Part shown: positions 8,720-18,495 of the stretch, piece after piece
Layout: each line of letters starts with the position of its first letter
How positions within the stretch are numbered: the stretch's first letter is position 1
Assembly: GCA_003243965.1 (NCBI GenBank)
Contig: QHBO01000045.1
Coordinates: forward strand, 38,552 to 102,551
Source of the DNA: Chloroflexota bacterium
GTDB taxonomy: Bacteria; Chloroflexota; Limnocylindria; QHBO01
Direction of reading: 5' to 3'
Length of the DNA stretch: 64,000 nt
Notes under the pieces: generated by a model
The model's database searches: none
What the model was told of the DNA's origin: nothing
The model's input: only the letters and a program-made list of their open reading frames with translations
Made by a program: the position numbers and the translations under genes

Positions 8720-10507
8720 TCAGTAGGTCCTCGGCTTGGGCGCGAAGCGCGTGACCGTCACCGGCTTGTAGGCGAGTCGCGGATCCCCCCCGGCGGGATC
8801 ACGAAACGCGAAGCTGTGCTTCAGCCACTTGACATCGTCGCGCTCCGGGTAGTCCTCGCGGGCGTGCGCGCCGCGGCTCTCCTGGCGCGCGGTGGCCGAG
8901 GCCACCGCCGCCTCGGCGCACTCCAGCAGGAACCCGAGCTCCAGGGCCTCGGATAGATCGGTGTTGTAGCGGCAGCCCTTGTCGTCGACGAACAGACGCT
9001 CGGCACGCCGCTTGAGCTCGCGCACCGTCTCCCGGCACTCGGTGAGCAGTCGCTCGGTCCGGTACACGCCGCACTTGACGAACATCACCTCCTGGAGCTC
9101 GGCGCGGATCACCGCCGGGCGCTCGCCCTCACGCGACGCGAGGAGGCCACCGACGATCGCCTGGACCGATGCCTCCCCAGCGAGGTCCGGCGCGGGCGGC
9201 GCCGCGGTCCGCAGATGTTCGGCCATGGCGATCCCGGCCCTTCGTCCGAAGACCAGGATGTCGAGCAGCGAGTTGGTGCCGAGCCGATTCGCACCGTGGA
9301 CGCTGACGCACGCGCACTCCCCCGCCGCGAACAGGCCGGGCACCGGCGTCCCTCGCTCATCGGCCTGCACGCGGCCGTCAATGTCGGTCGGGATGCCGCC
9401 CATCGCGTAGTGCGCGGTGGGCTGGATCGGGATCAGGTCGGTGAGCGGTTCGAGCTTGAAGTAGGTGCGCACGAACCCCGTCACGTCGGGGAGCTTGCGG
9501 TCGAGGATCTCCGAGCCGAGGTGGCGGACGTCGAGATGCACGTAGTCCTCGCCATTCACGCCTCGACCTGCGGCCACCTCCTGGTAGATCGCGCGGCTGA
9601 CGACGTCGCGACTGGCGAGATCCTTCATCGTCGGCGCGTAGCGCTCCATGAAGCGCTCGCCCTCACCGTTGAGCAGGATCCCTCCCTCGCCGCGGACCGC
9701 CTCGGAGAGGAGAAAGCCGAGTCGGTACATGCCGGTCGGGTGGAACTGGTACATCTCCATGTCCTCGAGGGGCACGCCGCGGCGGTAGGCGAGCGCCACC
9801 CCGTCGCCGGTGAGCGTGTGGGCATTCGAGGTCACCTTGAATATCTTTCCGAAGCCGCCGGTGGCGAGCAGGACCGCTCGCGCCCGGAAGCTGTGGATCT
9901 CGCCACTCGCCAGCTGGAGCGCCACCACCCCGCTCACCGGGCCGCCGGGGCCGAGGGGCATCGCCAGGTCGACGACCTGGAACTCGTCGTAGAAGGTGAC
10001 GCCGTGCTTGATGCACTGCTGGAACAGGGTCTGCAGGATGGCGTGCCCGGTGCGGTCGGCGGCGTAGCAGCTGCGGCGCACCGGGGCCTCGCCCTCGTTC
10101 CTGGTGTGCCCGCCGAAGCGCCGCTGGTCGATCAGCCCCTCGGGCGTCCGATTGAACGGCATTCCCAGGTGCTCGAGGTTGATGATCGTCTCCACCGCGT
10201 CGTGGCACATCACCTCGGCCGCGTCCTGGTCGACGAGGTAGTCCCCGCCCTTCACGGTGTCGAACCAGTGCCATTCCCAGTGGTCCTCCTCCGTGTTCCC
10301 AAGCGCTGCGCAGACGCCGCCCTGTGCGGCGCCGGTGTGCGAGCGCGACGGGTAGAGCTTGCTGATCACCGCCACGCGGGCCTCCGGCCCCAGGTCACGC
10401 TTCAGCTCCAGCGCCGCGTAGAGTCCCGCCCCGCCGGCACCGACCACCACCGCGTCGAGCTCGTGCACGTGGACACCCGGCGTGCGGAGCCCAAGCAGCG
10501 CGCTCAC
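8720..10507 (-). CDS. sdhA: Succinate dehydrogenase flavoprotein subunit
   Basis: GAGGAG, RSHTGAAQGG (covalent FAD His), QFHPT, HYAMGG and HGANRLG. GTG 10507 overlaps the sdhD stop. Confidence 0.96.
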   Translation of the reverse strand: MSALLGLRTPGVHVHELDAVVVGAGGAGLYAALELKRDLGPEARVAVISKLYPSRSHTGAAQGGVCAALGNTEEDHWEWHWFDTVKGGDYLVDQDAAEVMCHDAVETIINLEHLGMPFNRTPEGLIDQRRFGGHTRNEGEAPVRRSCYAADRTGHAILQTLFQQCIKHGVTFYDEFQVVDLAMPLGPGGPVSGVVALQLASGEIHSFRARAVLLATGGFGKIFKVTSNAHTLTGDGVALAYRRGVPLEDMEMYQFHPTGMYRLGFLLSEAVRGEGGILLNGEGERFMERYAPTMKDLASRDVVSRAIYQEVAAGRGVNGEDYVHLDVRHLGSEILDRKLPDVTGFVRTYFKLEPLTDLIPIQPTAHYAMGGIPTDIDGRVQADERGTPVPGLFAAGECACVSVHGANRLGTNSLLDILVFGRRAGIAMAEHLRTAAPPAPDLAGEASVQAIVGGLLASREGERPAVIRAELQEVMFVKCGVYRTERLLTECRETVRELKRRAERLFVDDKGCRYNTDLSEALELGFLLECAEAAVASATARQESRGAHAREDYPERDDVKWLKHSFAFRDPAGGDPRLAYKPVTVTRFAPKPRTY

Positions 10508-10941
10508 GAGAACGGGCCGACCCTGGGCGCCGTGGCGGGGTTGAAGAAGATGATCACGATCATGCCCAGCAGGACCCACAGCACGCTGATCACCACCAGC
10601 AGACCGATGAGCACCGCCCGCAGGCCGCCGCGCCGGACGTAGTCGCCGATCACGATCCGCGCCCCGTTGACTCCGTGCACCAGTGCCAGCAGCAGGAGCA
10701 ACAGGTCGTAGATGCGCCAGAACGGCGTCCCCCATCGGCTGCTGACGAACGCGAAGTCGATCTGCTTTCCCGCCAGCTGCACCAGCACGTGCATGATCAG
10801 CACGTGGCCGAGCGCCAGGAGCACCAGCAGCAGCCCGCTGATGCGCATGAAGTACCACATGAAGCGCTCGAAGCCCGCGTTCTCCGGCTGCGGGCGAGCG
10901 GCACGCGACGGGTTGAAGTAGATCGTGCGGCCGGTGCTCAT
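10504..10941 (-). CDS. sdhD: Succinate dehydrogenase hydrophobic anchor subunit
   Basis: MRISG..L..L..GH and HGVNGAR; three TMs; sdh operon. Confidence 0.9.
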   Translation of the reverse strand: MSTGRTIYFNPSRAARPQPENAGFERFMWYFMRISGLLLVLLALGHVLIMHVLVQLAGKQIDFAFVSSRWGTPFWRIYDLLLLLLALVHGVNGARIVIGDYVRRGGLRAVLIGLLVVISVLWVLLGMIVIIFFNPATAPRVGPFS

Positions 10942-10945
10942 CGGC

Positions 10946-11344
10946 TCAACGCCCTCCCCAGGGCGCGTAGGGGGTGATCATGATCAGCCCGATCGGGACC
11001 ATGCAGATGATCGTGGCGGCGACCACGCCGTAGGTCAGCGACCGATAGTGGACCGTGGTCCGCGGCCAGAAGTCCATGACGATCACCCGCAGGCCGTTGA
11101 GCGAGTGGTAGACCACCGCGGCCATCAGCAGGATCTCGCCGAGGCGCGCCGGCAGGTTGCGGTAGAAGCCCTGCGTGAAGTTGTAGGCGCCCGGGCCGAG
11201 CGCAACCGTGGACGTCTCGACGATGTGCGCGAACAAGAACGCCAACACCCCGATTCCCGAGAGCCGATGCCCCGCCCAGGCAAGCTGCGCCCACGAGATC
11301 CGGTATCGAAGGATCCGGGTCTGGAGCCCGGCCAGAAGGGTCAA
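10946..11344 (-). CDS. sdhC: Succinate dehydrogenase cytochrome b556 subunit
   Basis: HRLSG, FLFAH and YHSLNGLR. TTG 11344 follows a GGAG RBS. Confidence 0.9.
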   Translation of the reverse strand: MTLLAGLQTRILRYRISWAQLAWAGHRLSGIGVLAFLFAHIVETSTVALGPGAYNFTQGFYRNLPARLGEILLMAAVVYHSLNGLRVIVMDFWPRTTVHYRSLTYGVVAATIICMVPIGLIMITPYAPWGGR

Positions 11345-11456
11345 TCGGCGTCTCCGAAAGCTGGACCGATCTTCCCGCGCGCGGGAACGGCGCGTGTCGT
11401 CGGGGTGCGCCGATTCTAGCGGTTGCGAGCGAGGGTGGCGCTTGCGCGGGACTCGC

Positions 11457-12470
11457 TCAGCGGGCGTCTCGGACCCGCTCTGCCACCGCCGCACCGAAGG
11501 CCTGCGTCCCGGCCGTACCGCCGAGATCGTAGGTCACCGTCCGCCCTTCGGCGATGACCGCCCGGGTGGCACCCTCCACCGTGTCGGCCACGGCCGTTTC
11601 GCCGAGATGGCGGAGCATGAGCGCGGCCGACAGGATCAACGCCGTCGGGTTTGCGCGGTCCTGCCCGGCGTACTTCGGGGCGGACCCGTGGACCGGCTCG
11701 AAGACCGCCGCCCGGTCCCCGATGTTCGCCCCGGGCGCGACGCCCAGACCGCCCACCAGGCCGGCGGCCAGGTCGCTGACGATATCGCCGTACAGGTTCG
11801 GCAGGACCAGCACGTCGTACAGCTCCGGCTTCTGGACGAGCTGCATGCACATGTTGTCGACGATCCGGTCCTCGAACGCGACCCGCCCGTCGTACTCGGC
11901 GGCGATCTGCTGGCAGCTCTCCAGGAAGAGGCCGTCGGACAGCTTCATGATGTTCGCCTTGTGCACCGCCGTCACCTTGCGCCGCCCGTTGCGCACGGCA
12001 TGCTCGAACGCGTAGCGGGCGATCCGCTGGCTCGCGCCACGGGTGATGATCTTGATGCTCTCCGCCGCATCCGGTCCGACCCGGTGCTCGATCCCGGCGT
12101 ACAGATCTTCGGTGTTCTCGCGGACGATGACCAGGTCGACGTCGGTGTACCGGGTCTTGACGCCGACCAGGCTGCGCGCCGGGCGCACGTTGGCGTACAG
12201 CTCGAGGGCCTGGCGGAGCCCGACGTTGACGCTCCGGAACCCGCTCCCGATCGGGGTTGTGATCGGTCCCTTGAGCGCGACACCGGTGCGGCGGATGCTG
12301 TCGATGACCCGCTCGGGCAGCGGCGTTCCCTCCGTGGCGATGGTCGCCTCGCCGGCGAGCTGGATATCCCAGTCGAAGACGAGGCCTGTCGCCTCCAGGA
12401 CATTCCGGGTGGCATCCGCGAGCTCGGGGCCGATCCCGTCACCGGGGATCAGGGTCACGGCATAGCTCAT
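11457..12470 (-). CDS. icd: Isocitrate/isopropylmalate dehydrogenase family, probably NAD-dependent isocitrate dehydrogenase
   Basis: [34 protein letters not shown] and [11 protein letters not shown] gene context. Confidence 0.85.
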   Translation of the reverse strand: MSYAVTLIPGDGIGPELADATRNVLEATGLVFDWDIQLAGEATIATEGTPLPERVIDSIRRTGVALKGPITTPIGSGFRSVNVGLRQALELYANVRPARSLVGVKTRYTDVDLVIVRENTEDLYAGIEHRVGPDAAESIKIITRGASQRIARYAFEHAVRNGRRKVTAVHKANIMKLSDGLFLESCQQIAAEYDGRVAFEDRIVDNMCMQLVQKPELYDVLVLPNLYGDIVSDLAAGLVGGLGVAPGANIGDRAAVFEPVHGSAPKYAGQDRANPTALILSAALMLRHLGETAVADTVEGATRAVIAEGRTVTYDLGGTAGTQAFGAAVAERVRDAR

Positions 12471-12603
12471 CAGTTCTCCGCTGTCGCGCCGGTCACAGCG
12501 CCGGCGTGCGAGGCAAGTGTAGGGCGCCGCGGCGGGAGCGCCCGACGCGCGGCGGCTACAATCGGTCTCCCGTTCGCCCACCCACCTCGATGGAGACTTG
12601 CGC

Positions 12604-13740
12604 GTGAAGCTGCAGGAGTACCGCAGCAAGGAGATCCTTGCGCGCCACGGCGTTTCCCTGCTCGCCGGACAGGTGGCCGACACGCCCGAAGAGGCACGCG
12701 CAGCCGCAGAGCGGATCGGCGGACCGGTCGTGGTCAAGGCCCAGGTCCTCGTCGGCGGGAGGGGAAAGGCCGGCGGAGTGAAGCTGGCCTCGGACCCGGG
12801 CGAGGCTGAGGCGCGCGCCCGCGAGATCCTCGGGATGCGCATCAAGGGCGTCAGCGTGCGAAAGGTCCTCGTCGCGCCCGCCGCCGACATCGAGCGGGAG
12901 TTCTACCTTGGCCTGATCCTCGACCGCGGCGCCAAGGCGATCATCGCCATCGCCTCGGCCGAGGGCGGGGTGGAGATCGAGGAGACGGCCAGGAACAACC
13001 CCGACGCGATCCTCCGCATCGGCCTGCACCCTCTCATCGGTCTGCAGGAGCACCAGGTCAGGCGGGTCGCCTTCCGCCTCGGGGTCCCCGCGGAGCTGCG
13101 GCCCGACTTCGCGACCGTGTTTCGCGGCTTGTATGCCGCCTTCATTGCCTCGGATGCCGACCTGGCGGAGATCAACCCGCTGGTCATCACCCGCGATGGC
13201 GCCCTCCTCGCGCTGGATGCCAAGATCGTGCTGGACGACTCGGCACTGTATCGCCATCCGGAGCTCGAGGCGCTCCGCGATCTCGATGAGGAGGAGCCGT
13301 CGGAGATCGCCGCGCGCGAGGCGGGGATCAACTTCATCAAGCTCGACGGGACGATCGGCTGCATGGTCAATGGGGCCGGCCTGGCGATGACCACCATGGA
13401 CCTCGTCAAGCTGGCCGGCGGAGAGCCGGCGAACTTCCTCGACATCGGCGGCGGCGCGAAGGCGGAGCGCGTGGCCGCGGCGTTCCGCATCATCCTCGAC
13501 GATCCGCGGGTTCAGGCGATCCTGGTCAACATCTTCGGCGGCATCACCCGCGGCGACGAGGTCGCGCGGGGTATCGTCGAGGCCCGTCAGACCCTCAGCC
13601 GCCAGGTACCGATGGTGGTTCGCATCGTCGGCACCAATGCCGAGGAGGCGCGGCCAATCCTGGCCGAGGCGAACCTGATCACGGCCTCCAGCCTGGACGA
13701 GGCGGCCGAGAGGGCGGTCGCCGCGGTTCGCACCGGATGA
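12604..13740 (+). CDS. sucC: Succinyl-CoA synthetase beta subunit
   Basis: [35 protein letters not shown] and NIFGGI motifs. Confidence 0.97.
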   Translation: MKLQEYRSKEILARHGVSLLAGQVADTPEEARAAAERIGGPVVVKAQVLVGGRGKAGGVKLASDPGEAEARAREILGMRIKGVSVRKVLVAPAADIEREFYLGLILDRGAKAIIAIASAEGGVEIEETARNNPDAILRIGLHPLIGLQEHQVRRVAFRLGVPAELRPDFATVFRGLYAAFIASDADLAEINPLVITRDGALLALDAKIVLDDSALYRHPELEALRDLDEEEPSEIAAREAGINFIKLDGTIGCMVNGAGLAMTTMDLVKLAGGEPANFLDIGGGAKAERVAAAFRIILDDPRVQAILVNIFGGITRGDEVARGIVEARQTLSRQVPMVVRIVGTNAEEARPILAEANLITASSLDEAAERAVAAVRTG

Positions 13741-14615
13741 GCATCCTGGTCGACGCCGGCACTCGCCTCCTGGTCCAGGGGATCACCGGCCGCGAGGGCG
13801 AGTTCCACTCTCGGGCGATGCTGGAGTACGGCACGCCGATCGTCGCCGGGGTCACTCCCGGGAAGGGCGGCCAGGCGGCGGTCGACGGCCGCGTCCCGGT
13901 CTTCGACACCGTTGAGCAGGCCGTCCGCGACACCGGCGCCAACGCGAGCTGCATCTTCGTTCCGGCGCCGTTCGCGCCCGACGCGATCCTCGAGGCCGCC
14001 GAGAGCGGCATCGGGCTGATCTTCTGCATCACCGAGGGGATTCCCGCGCTCGACATGGTCCCCGTGTACCACGTCCTGAAGAGCCGGAGCGTGCGGCTGA
14101 TCGGCCCGAACTGTCCGGGAGCAACCTCGCCCGGATCGGCGAAGGTGGGGATCATCCCGGGCAGCATCCATCGTCCAGGCTCGGTGGGACTGGTGAGCCG
14201 TTCGGGAACGCTGACCTACGAGGTGGTGCAGGCGATGACCGATGCCGGCATCGGTCAGTCGACGTGCGTGGGCATCGGTGGCGACCCGATCATCGGCACC
14301 AGCTTCATCGAGGTGCTGGATCTCTTCAACCAGGACCCGGATACGGATGCGATCGTGCTCATCGGCGAGATCGGCGGTGAGGAGGAGGAGCACGCCGCTG
14401 CGTTCGTCGCCCGCGAGATCCGCAAGCCGATGGCCGCCTTCATCGCGGGTCGCACGGCTCCGCCCGGGCGACGGATGGGGCACGCGGGCGCCATCATCTC
14501 CGGCAGCGCCGGGACGGCCGAGGCGAAGCGCCAGGCGCTCGAGCTGGCGGGGGTCCGGGTGGCCGACTCCCCGTCCCACATCCCGCAGCTGCTGCGCGAC
14601 GCCGGCGCCGGCTGA
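13737..14615 (+). CDS. sucD: Succinyl-CoA synthetase alpha subunit
   Basis: [21 protein letters not shown] and RMGHAGA (phospho-His). Confidence 0.97.
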   Translation: MSILVDAGTRLLVQGITGREGEFHSRAMLEYGTPIVAGVTPGKGGQAAVDGRVPVFDTVEQAVRDTGANASCIFVPAPFAPDAILEAAESGIGLIFCITEGIPALDMVPVYHVLKSRSVRLIGPNCPGATSPGSAKVGIIPGSIHRPGSVGLVSRSGTLTYEVVQAMTDAGIGQSTCVGIGGDPIIGTSFIEVLDLFNQDPDTDAIVLIGEIGGEEEEHAAAFVAREIRKPMAAFIAGRTAPPGRRMGHAGAIISGSAGTAEAKRQALELAGVRVADSPSHIPQLLRDAGAG

Positions 14616-14633
14616 CCCCGGCCCAGCCGCGGC

Positions 14634-17600
14634 TCAGCGACCGGCGGAGAGGCGGTCGAGCGCATCGAGCTCGCCGAGCTCGTCAAGGGTGCGCTCGCCG
14701 ACGGCCACCAGCGCCTCGTCACCGACCAGCTGTCCGAGCTCGCGCTGCACGCGCGCCAGGTACCTGCCGGCGCCGATCTGCTCGAAGGTCGCCAGGCTGG
14801 CGCGCAGCTCGCCGGGGTCCGCGCGCAGGAGGCCGCGCAGACGCCGCGCCTGCGCCTCGAGGACCCGGTACCGATGCGTAACCGCGCGCTCCACGACCGC
14901 GTCGACGGCGTCGTTCGGGACCGCGAGGGCGCGATCGGCCGCCATCGCCACCGCGTGCTCGACGTAGTGGGCGCGGTCTGGGTAGCGCTCGGCGCGGATG
15001 ACGATCGACACCAGCCCGTCGAGGTCGAGTCGCGGCATCGCCATCAGGGCCGCGACCGGGTGGTCGGGCGCGAAGCGGCCGACGATCTCCGCGGCGACAT
15101 CGGTCCAGCGCTCGAGCCTGCCCTCATCGCCCCGGTTGCGCGCCCAGTCGATGCCGCTCAAGAAGCCCTGGAGGCCGTAGCTGGCCGCCGGTCGCTCCGC
15201 CGCCACCCAGCGCGCGCAGAGCTGGTCGACATCGTGGGCGACCACCTCCCAGCGACCGATCAGCGCCGAGGCGTAGGCGTGCCAGGAGCCACCACCCATC
15301 GAGAAGCCGACGTTCTGGCCGGGCTGCGTGAGCTCGATCGCCTCCTCGCTCGCGCTGAGTGCCGGCGGAAAGTCGCCCATCAGCGCGCTGAACCAGGCGA
15401 CCATGTTCAGCGCGTCGAGCCGCTCGTCGGAAGGCAGGCGGCGTCCCATCGCCACGCGGCGTTCGGACAGACGGCGGGCGCTCGCCGGATCGGTGGCCTG
15501 ATCGGGTGACGTCAGGGCGTCGATGGCGGCGCTGATGAGCTCGGGATCATCGAGCTGCTCGGCGATGGCAAGCCCTTCCTCACTGGACGCCCGGGCATCG
15601 GCGACGTCCGCGGCGGTCGGTGAGCGGATGGCCGCATTGCGCAGCCAGAACGGGAGGAATCCGCGCGCGATCAGGAACCGGGCACGTGCCGCCGGATCTG
15701 CCTCGGGCAGCCAGGCCCGGCCCTGCTCGAGGAGCGTCGTCATCCCCTCGAGGGTCGGCTGACGCGCGACCGAGGCAAACCAGCGCGTGGTGACGATGAT
15801 CTGCTGCGACAGGTTGTGGAGCAAAAAGTCCACCGACCGACCCTCCGCCGACCCCACGCGCCATGCCGATTCGAAGGCGCTGATCGACGGGTCGCCCGAG
15901 CCGTAGACCTCGCCGAGCCGCTGGAAGAGGTCCGGCCGCTCCGAGCTCGGAGCGAGCTCGATCGCGGCTCGCAGGTGTGCCGCCGCCTCCGCCATGCCAC
16001 GTGCCCCGGCGGCCACATCGGCGGCCCGCCGCAGCCAGGTCACCGCGCTGGCCGCGATCTCGGGGTCCGGCGCTCCCATGGCGGCCCCGAGCCCGGCCGC
16101 CTCACGGAAGTGGAAGGCCACGAGTTCCGCGAGCTCGTCCTCGCGGCCGTCCGCAGCCGATGTTTCCAGCCAGTGGCCGGCGGCCGCGTGGTGCCCGGCG
16201 CGCTCGACGCGCGGCAGGGTTCCGTACGCAACGTCGCGGATGAGGATGTGCCGGAAACTCAGCTCTCCGTGGGCGGCAGGACGCAACATCTCGCGCTCGA
16301 TGAGGCGCTCGACGGCCGCGCCGAGGTCGCCAGCGATGGCCGGCTCGAGCGCCGCGACCGCGGAGGCAGCGAATCCACGCCCCAGCACCGCGCCAAGCTG
16401 GAGCACGCGGCGCGCGGCGGGATCGAGCGCATCGAGACGGGCGAGGACGGTGGCCTGGACCGTGTCCGGCAGACCCGCGGCGACGGCCTCGATGGCCGCC
16501 GGATTGTGGAGGTCGATCCCACGTTCGATGAGCGACCGCACGATCTCGCCGGCGTAGAACGGGTTCCCCTCGGATCGCTGGACGACGACCGGCAGCAGCT
16601 CCGGCGATGGGCCGTCGAGGATGTTCTGGATGAGCAACTCGATCGAGCCGGAGTCGAGCGGCTCGAGCGCCATCAGCACGTGGTTGCGGCGGCCGGCGCC
16701 AAACGTCGTCCGTCGCTCCAGCAGCTCCGGCCGGGTGAGGGCGAGCATGAGCATCGGCGAATCGCCGCGCGGCTGGAGGATGAACTCGATGAGGTCGAGC
16801 AGGCTGTCGCTCGACCAGTGGAGATCCTCGACGAGCAGGACGAGCGGCCGCTGCGCCGCCGCGGCCTCGAGCGTCGTGCGCCAGGCGCTGAATAGCGCCG
16901 ATCGGTCGATGGCATCGGTCTCCGATGCCCCGATCGTGGCGGCCAGCAGGTCGGCCGTCTCGGCCGGGTCGTCGGCGCCAGCCTCCGTCAGCCAGGCGGT
17001 TGCGCGCCGCCGAACCTCGTCCGACGCGGCGTCGTCCGGCAACGCGAGCAGCCCCAGCAGGAGCGCACGCATCGGCCAGTAGGTCAGGCGCTGGCCATAC
17101 GGCAGGCACTGCGCGATCGCGATCTGCGCCTCCGGCGCAAACGCCCGGATCCGTGCGAGGAACTCCTCGACCAGGCGGCTCTTGCCGGTTCCCGCCGGCG
17201 CGATGAGGCTGACGAGGTAGGGGCGGCGCTCGCTGAACGCACGACGCGCAACGAGGTCGAGCTGCGCCAGGTCGGCGTCGCGACCCACGAGCGGCGCACG
17301 ACGACGCTCCGCCACCGCGTGCCCGAGCACCGGCCGAGCCGCGAGCGCCAACGCCTTGCCCTTGAGATCAAGCTCCTGGACCGGTCCGAAGCCATACGCG
17401 TCCCCCGCCGCGCTCGCGGTTCGCACGCTGGCGAGGACCTGCCATGGCTCGGCGGCCTGCTGGAGCCGCGCCGCGACGTTCACCGCGTCGCCGGTGACGA
17501 TGAAGTCCGCTCGCGCCTGGTCGCGGCTGGCGACGACCTCGCCGGTGTTGATCCCGATTCGGATCGGGAGCCGGTCCGCGAGCGTCGCGTCGGCCTGCAC

Positions 17601-17861
17601 GGCATCGCGCAGCTCGAGCGCGGCATCGATCGCGCGGCGCGCGTCGTCGTCGTGCGCCATGGGAAGGCCGAAGATGGCCATCGCCGCGTCGCCGATGAAC
17701 TTCTCGAGCGTGCCGGCGCGGCTCTCGATCACCTGCCGAGCGATGTCGTAGAAGCGCGAGAGGAGGTGACGCAGGTCCTCCGGGTCGAGCGACTCGCCGA
17801 GGGCGGTGGAGCCGACCACGTCGGCGAACAGCACGGTCACCAGGCGCCGCTCGTCAGGCAT
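14634..17861 (-). CDS. Class III adenylate/guanylate cyclase fused to STAND AAA ATPase and helical-repeat region
   Basis: LFADVVGST, EKFIGDA, TGDAVNVAARL; Walker A APAGTGKS; Walker B LVEDLHW; EGNPFY. ATG 17861 (MPDERR). Confidence 0.92.
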   Translation of the reverse strand: MPDERRLVTVLFADVVGSTALGESLDPEDLRHLLSRFYDIARQVIESRAGTLEKFIGDAAMAIFGLPMAHDDDARRAIDAALELRDAVQADATLADRLPIRIGINTGEVVASRDQARADFIVTGDAVNVAARLQQAAEPWQVLASVRTASAAGDAYGFGPVQELDLKGKALALAARPVLGHAVAERRRAPLVGRDADLAQLDLVARRAFSERRPYLVSLIAPAGTGKSRLVEEFLARIRAFAPEAQIAIAQCLPYGQRLTYWPMRALLLGLLALPDDAASDEVRRRATAWLTEAGADDPAETADLLAATIGASETDAIDRSALFSAWRTTLEAAAAQRPLVLLVEDLHWSSDSLLDLIEFILQPRGDSPMLMLALTRPELLERRTTFGAGRRNHVLMALEPLDSGSIELLIQNILDGPSPELLPVVVQRSEGNPFYAGEIVRSLIERGIDLHNPAAIEAVAAGLPDTVQATVLARLDALDPAARRVLQLGAVLGRGFAASAVAALEPAIAGDLGAAVERLIEREMLRPAAHGELSFRHILIRDVAYGTLPRVERAGHHAAAGHWLETSAADGREDELAELVAFHFREAAGLGAAMGAPDPEIAASAVTWLRRAADVAAGARGMAEAAAHLRAAIELAPSSERPDLFQRLGEVYGSGDPSISAFESAWRVGSAEGRSVDFLLHNLSQQIIVTTRWFASVARQPTLEGMTTLLEQGRAWLPEADPAARARFLIARGFLPFWLRNAAIRSPTAADVADARASSEEGLAIAEQLDDPELISAAIDALTSPDQATDPASARRLSERRVAMGRRLPSDERLDALNMVAWFSALMGDFPPALSASEEAIELTQPGQNVGFSMGGGSWHAYASALIGRWEVVAHDVDQLCARWVAAERPAASYGLQGFLSGIDWARNRGDEGRLERWTDVAAEIVGRFAPDHPVAALMAMPRLDLDGLVSIVIRAERYPDRAHYVEHAVAMAADRALAVPNDAVDAVVERAVTHRYRVLEAQARRLRGLLRADPGELRASLATFEQIGAGRYLARVQRELGQLVGDEALVAVGERTLDELGELDALDRLSAGR

Positions 17862-18027
17862 GGGCGGCCAGCGCGAACGGGACGCCGGACCCCACCGGCC
17901 GCCCGACCCCCCGGTCATCGACGAGCGCCATCGGCGGCTCGAGATCACACTCGTCGAGCGACCGCAGCCAGGCGCGACCGCGAGCGAGGAGCAGGCGATC
18001 CGGGATCGGCTGTCGGAGCTCGGCCAT
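17854..18027 (-). CDS. Small hypothetical protein (57 aa), absent from ORF track
   Basis: GAGGTG RBS; MAELRQPIPDRLLLARGRAWLRSLDECDLEPP...ALAAHA*; stop overlaps the cyclase start (ATGCCTGA). Confidence 0.55.
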   Translation of the reverse strand: MAELRQPIPDRLLLARGRAWLRSLDECDLEPPMALVDDRGVGRPVGSGVPFALAAHA

Positions 18028-18030
18028 CCG

Positions 18031-18495
18031 CTATCTCACCTCATTCGTGCCGCGGGCATCGGTGAGCTCCCACAGGACGCCATCCAGCGTGCGCGGATGG
18101 ACGAACGCGACCAGGCCCTCTGCCCCCGCACGAGGCGCCGTATCGATCAGCTCCGCAGCATGCGTCGCCAGATACGCCAGCTCATCCGACACCGAGCCAA
18201 CCACGAAGCAGACGTGGTGGAGCCCCCCGCCGCGCTGAGCGAGATAGCGCGCCACGCCGCTCTCCGCGTCGAGCGGCTCGATGAGCTCCAGGCGAGCGGC
18301 GGGCGGCCGGCCGGTGGGCAGCAGGCAGAGACGGACCCCCTGCGCCTCGAGGACCTGCGGCGCCGCATCCGGCGCCAGGCCGAACAGCTCGCCGTATCGC
18401 GGAAGCGACTTCTCGATCGAGCGCACCACGATCCCGACGTGGTGGACCGGCCCAATCGGACTGCGGCGGTCGGCCGGTTCGCGCTCCACCGTCAC
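18031..18495 (-). CDS. mce: Methylmalonyl-CoA epimerase
   Basis: VOC fold: HHVGIVV, LELIEP, GLHHVCF, FVHP..LDGVL.EL; GTGA overlap with the mutase gene. Confidence 0.9.
   Translation of the reverse strand: MTVEREPADRRSPIGPVHHVGIVVRSIEKSLPRYGELFGLAPDAAPQVLEAQGVRLCLLPTGRPPAARLELIEPLDAESGVARYLAQRGGGLHHVCFVVGSVSDELAYLATHAAELIDTAPRAGAEGLVAFVHPRTLDGVLWELTDARGTNEVR

Noticed and set aside
10508..10858. N-terminal extension of SdhA in the ORF track (similar extensions for icd, hemB, hemC, hemE, Gfo, GH130)
   Set aside because: They overlap upstream genes; better starts are marked by RBS or 4-nt overlaps.
11208..12809. Long antisense or alternative-frame ORFs (also 18501-20276, 20934-22382, 22024-23565, 34245-36485, 39975-41846, 61839-63251)
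   Set aside because: Shadow ORFs of well-supported genes, expected in high-GC DNA; Arg/Ala/Gly-rich with no recognisable motifs.
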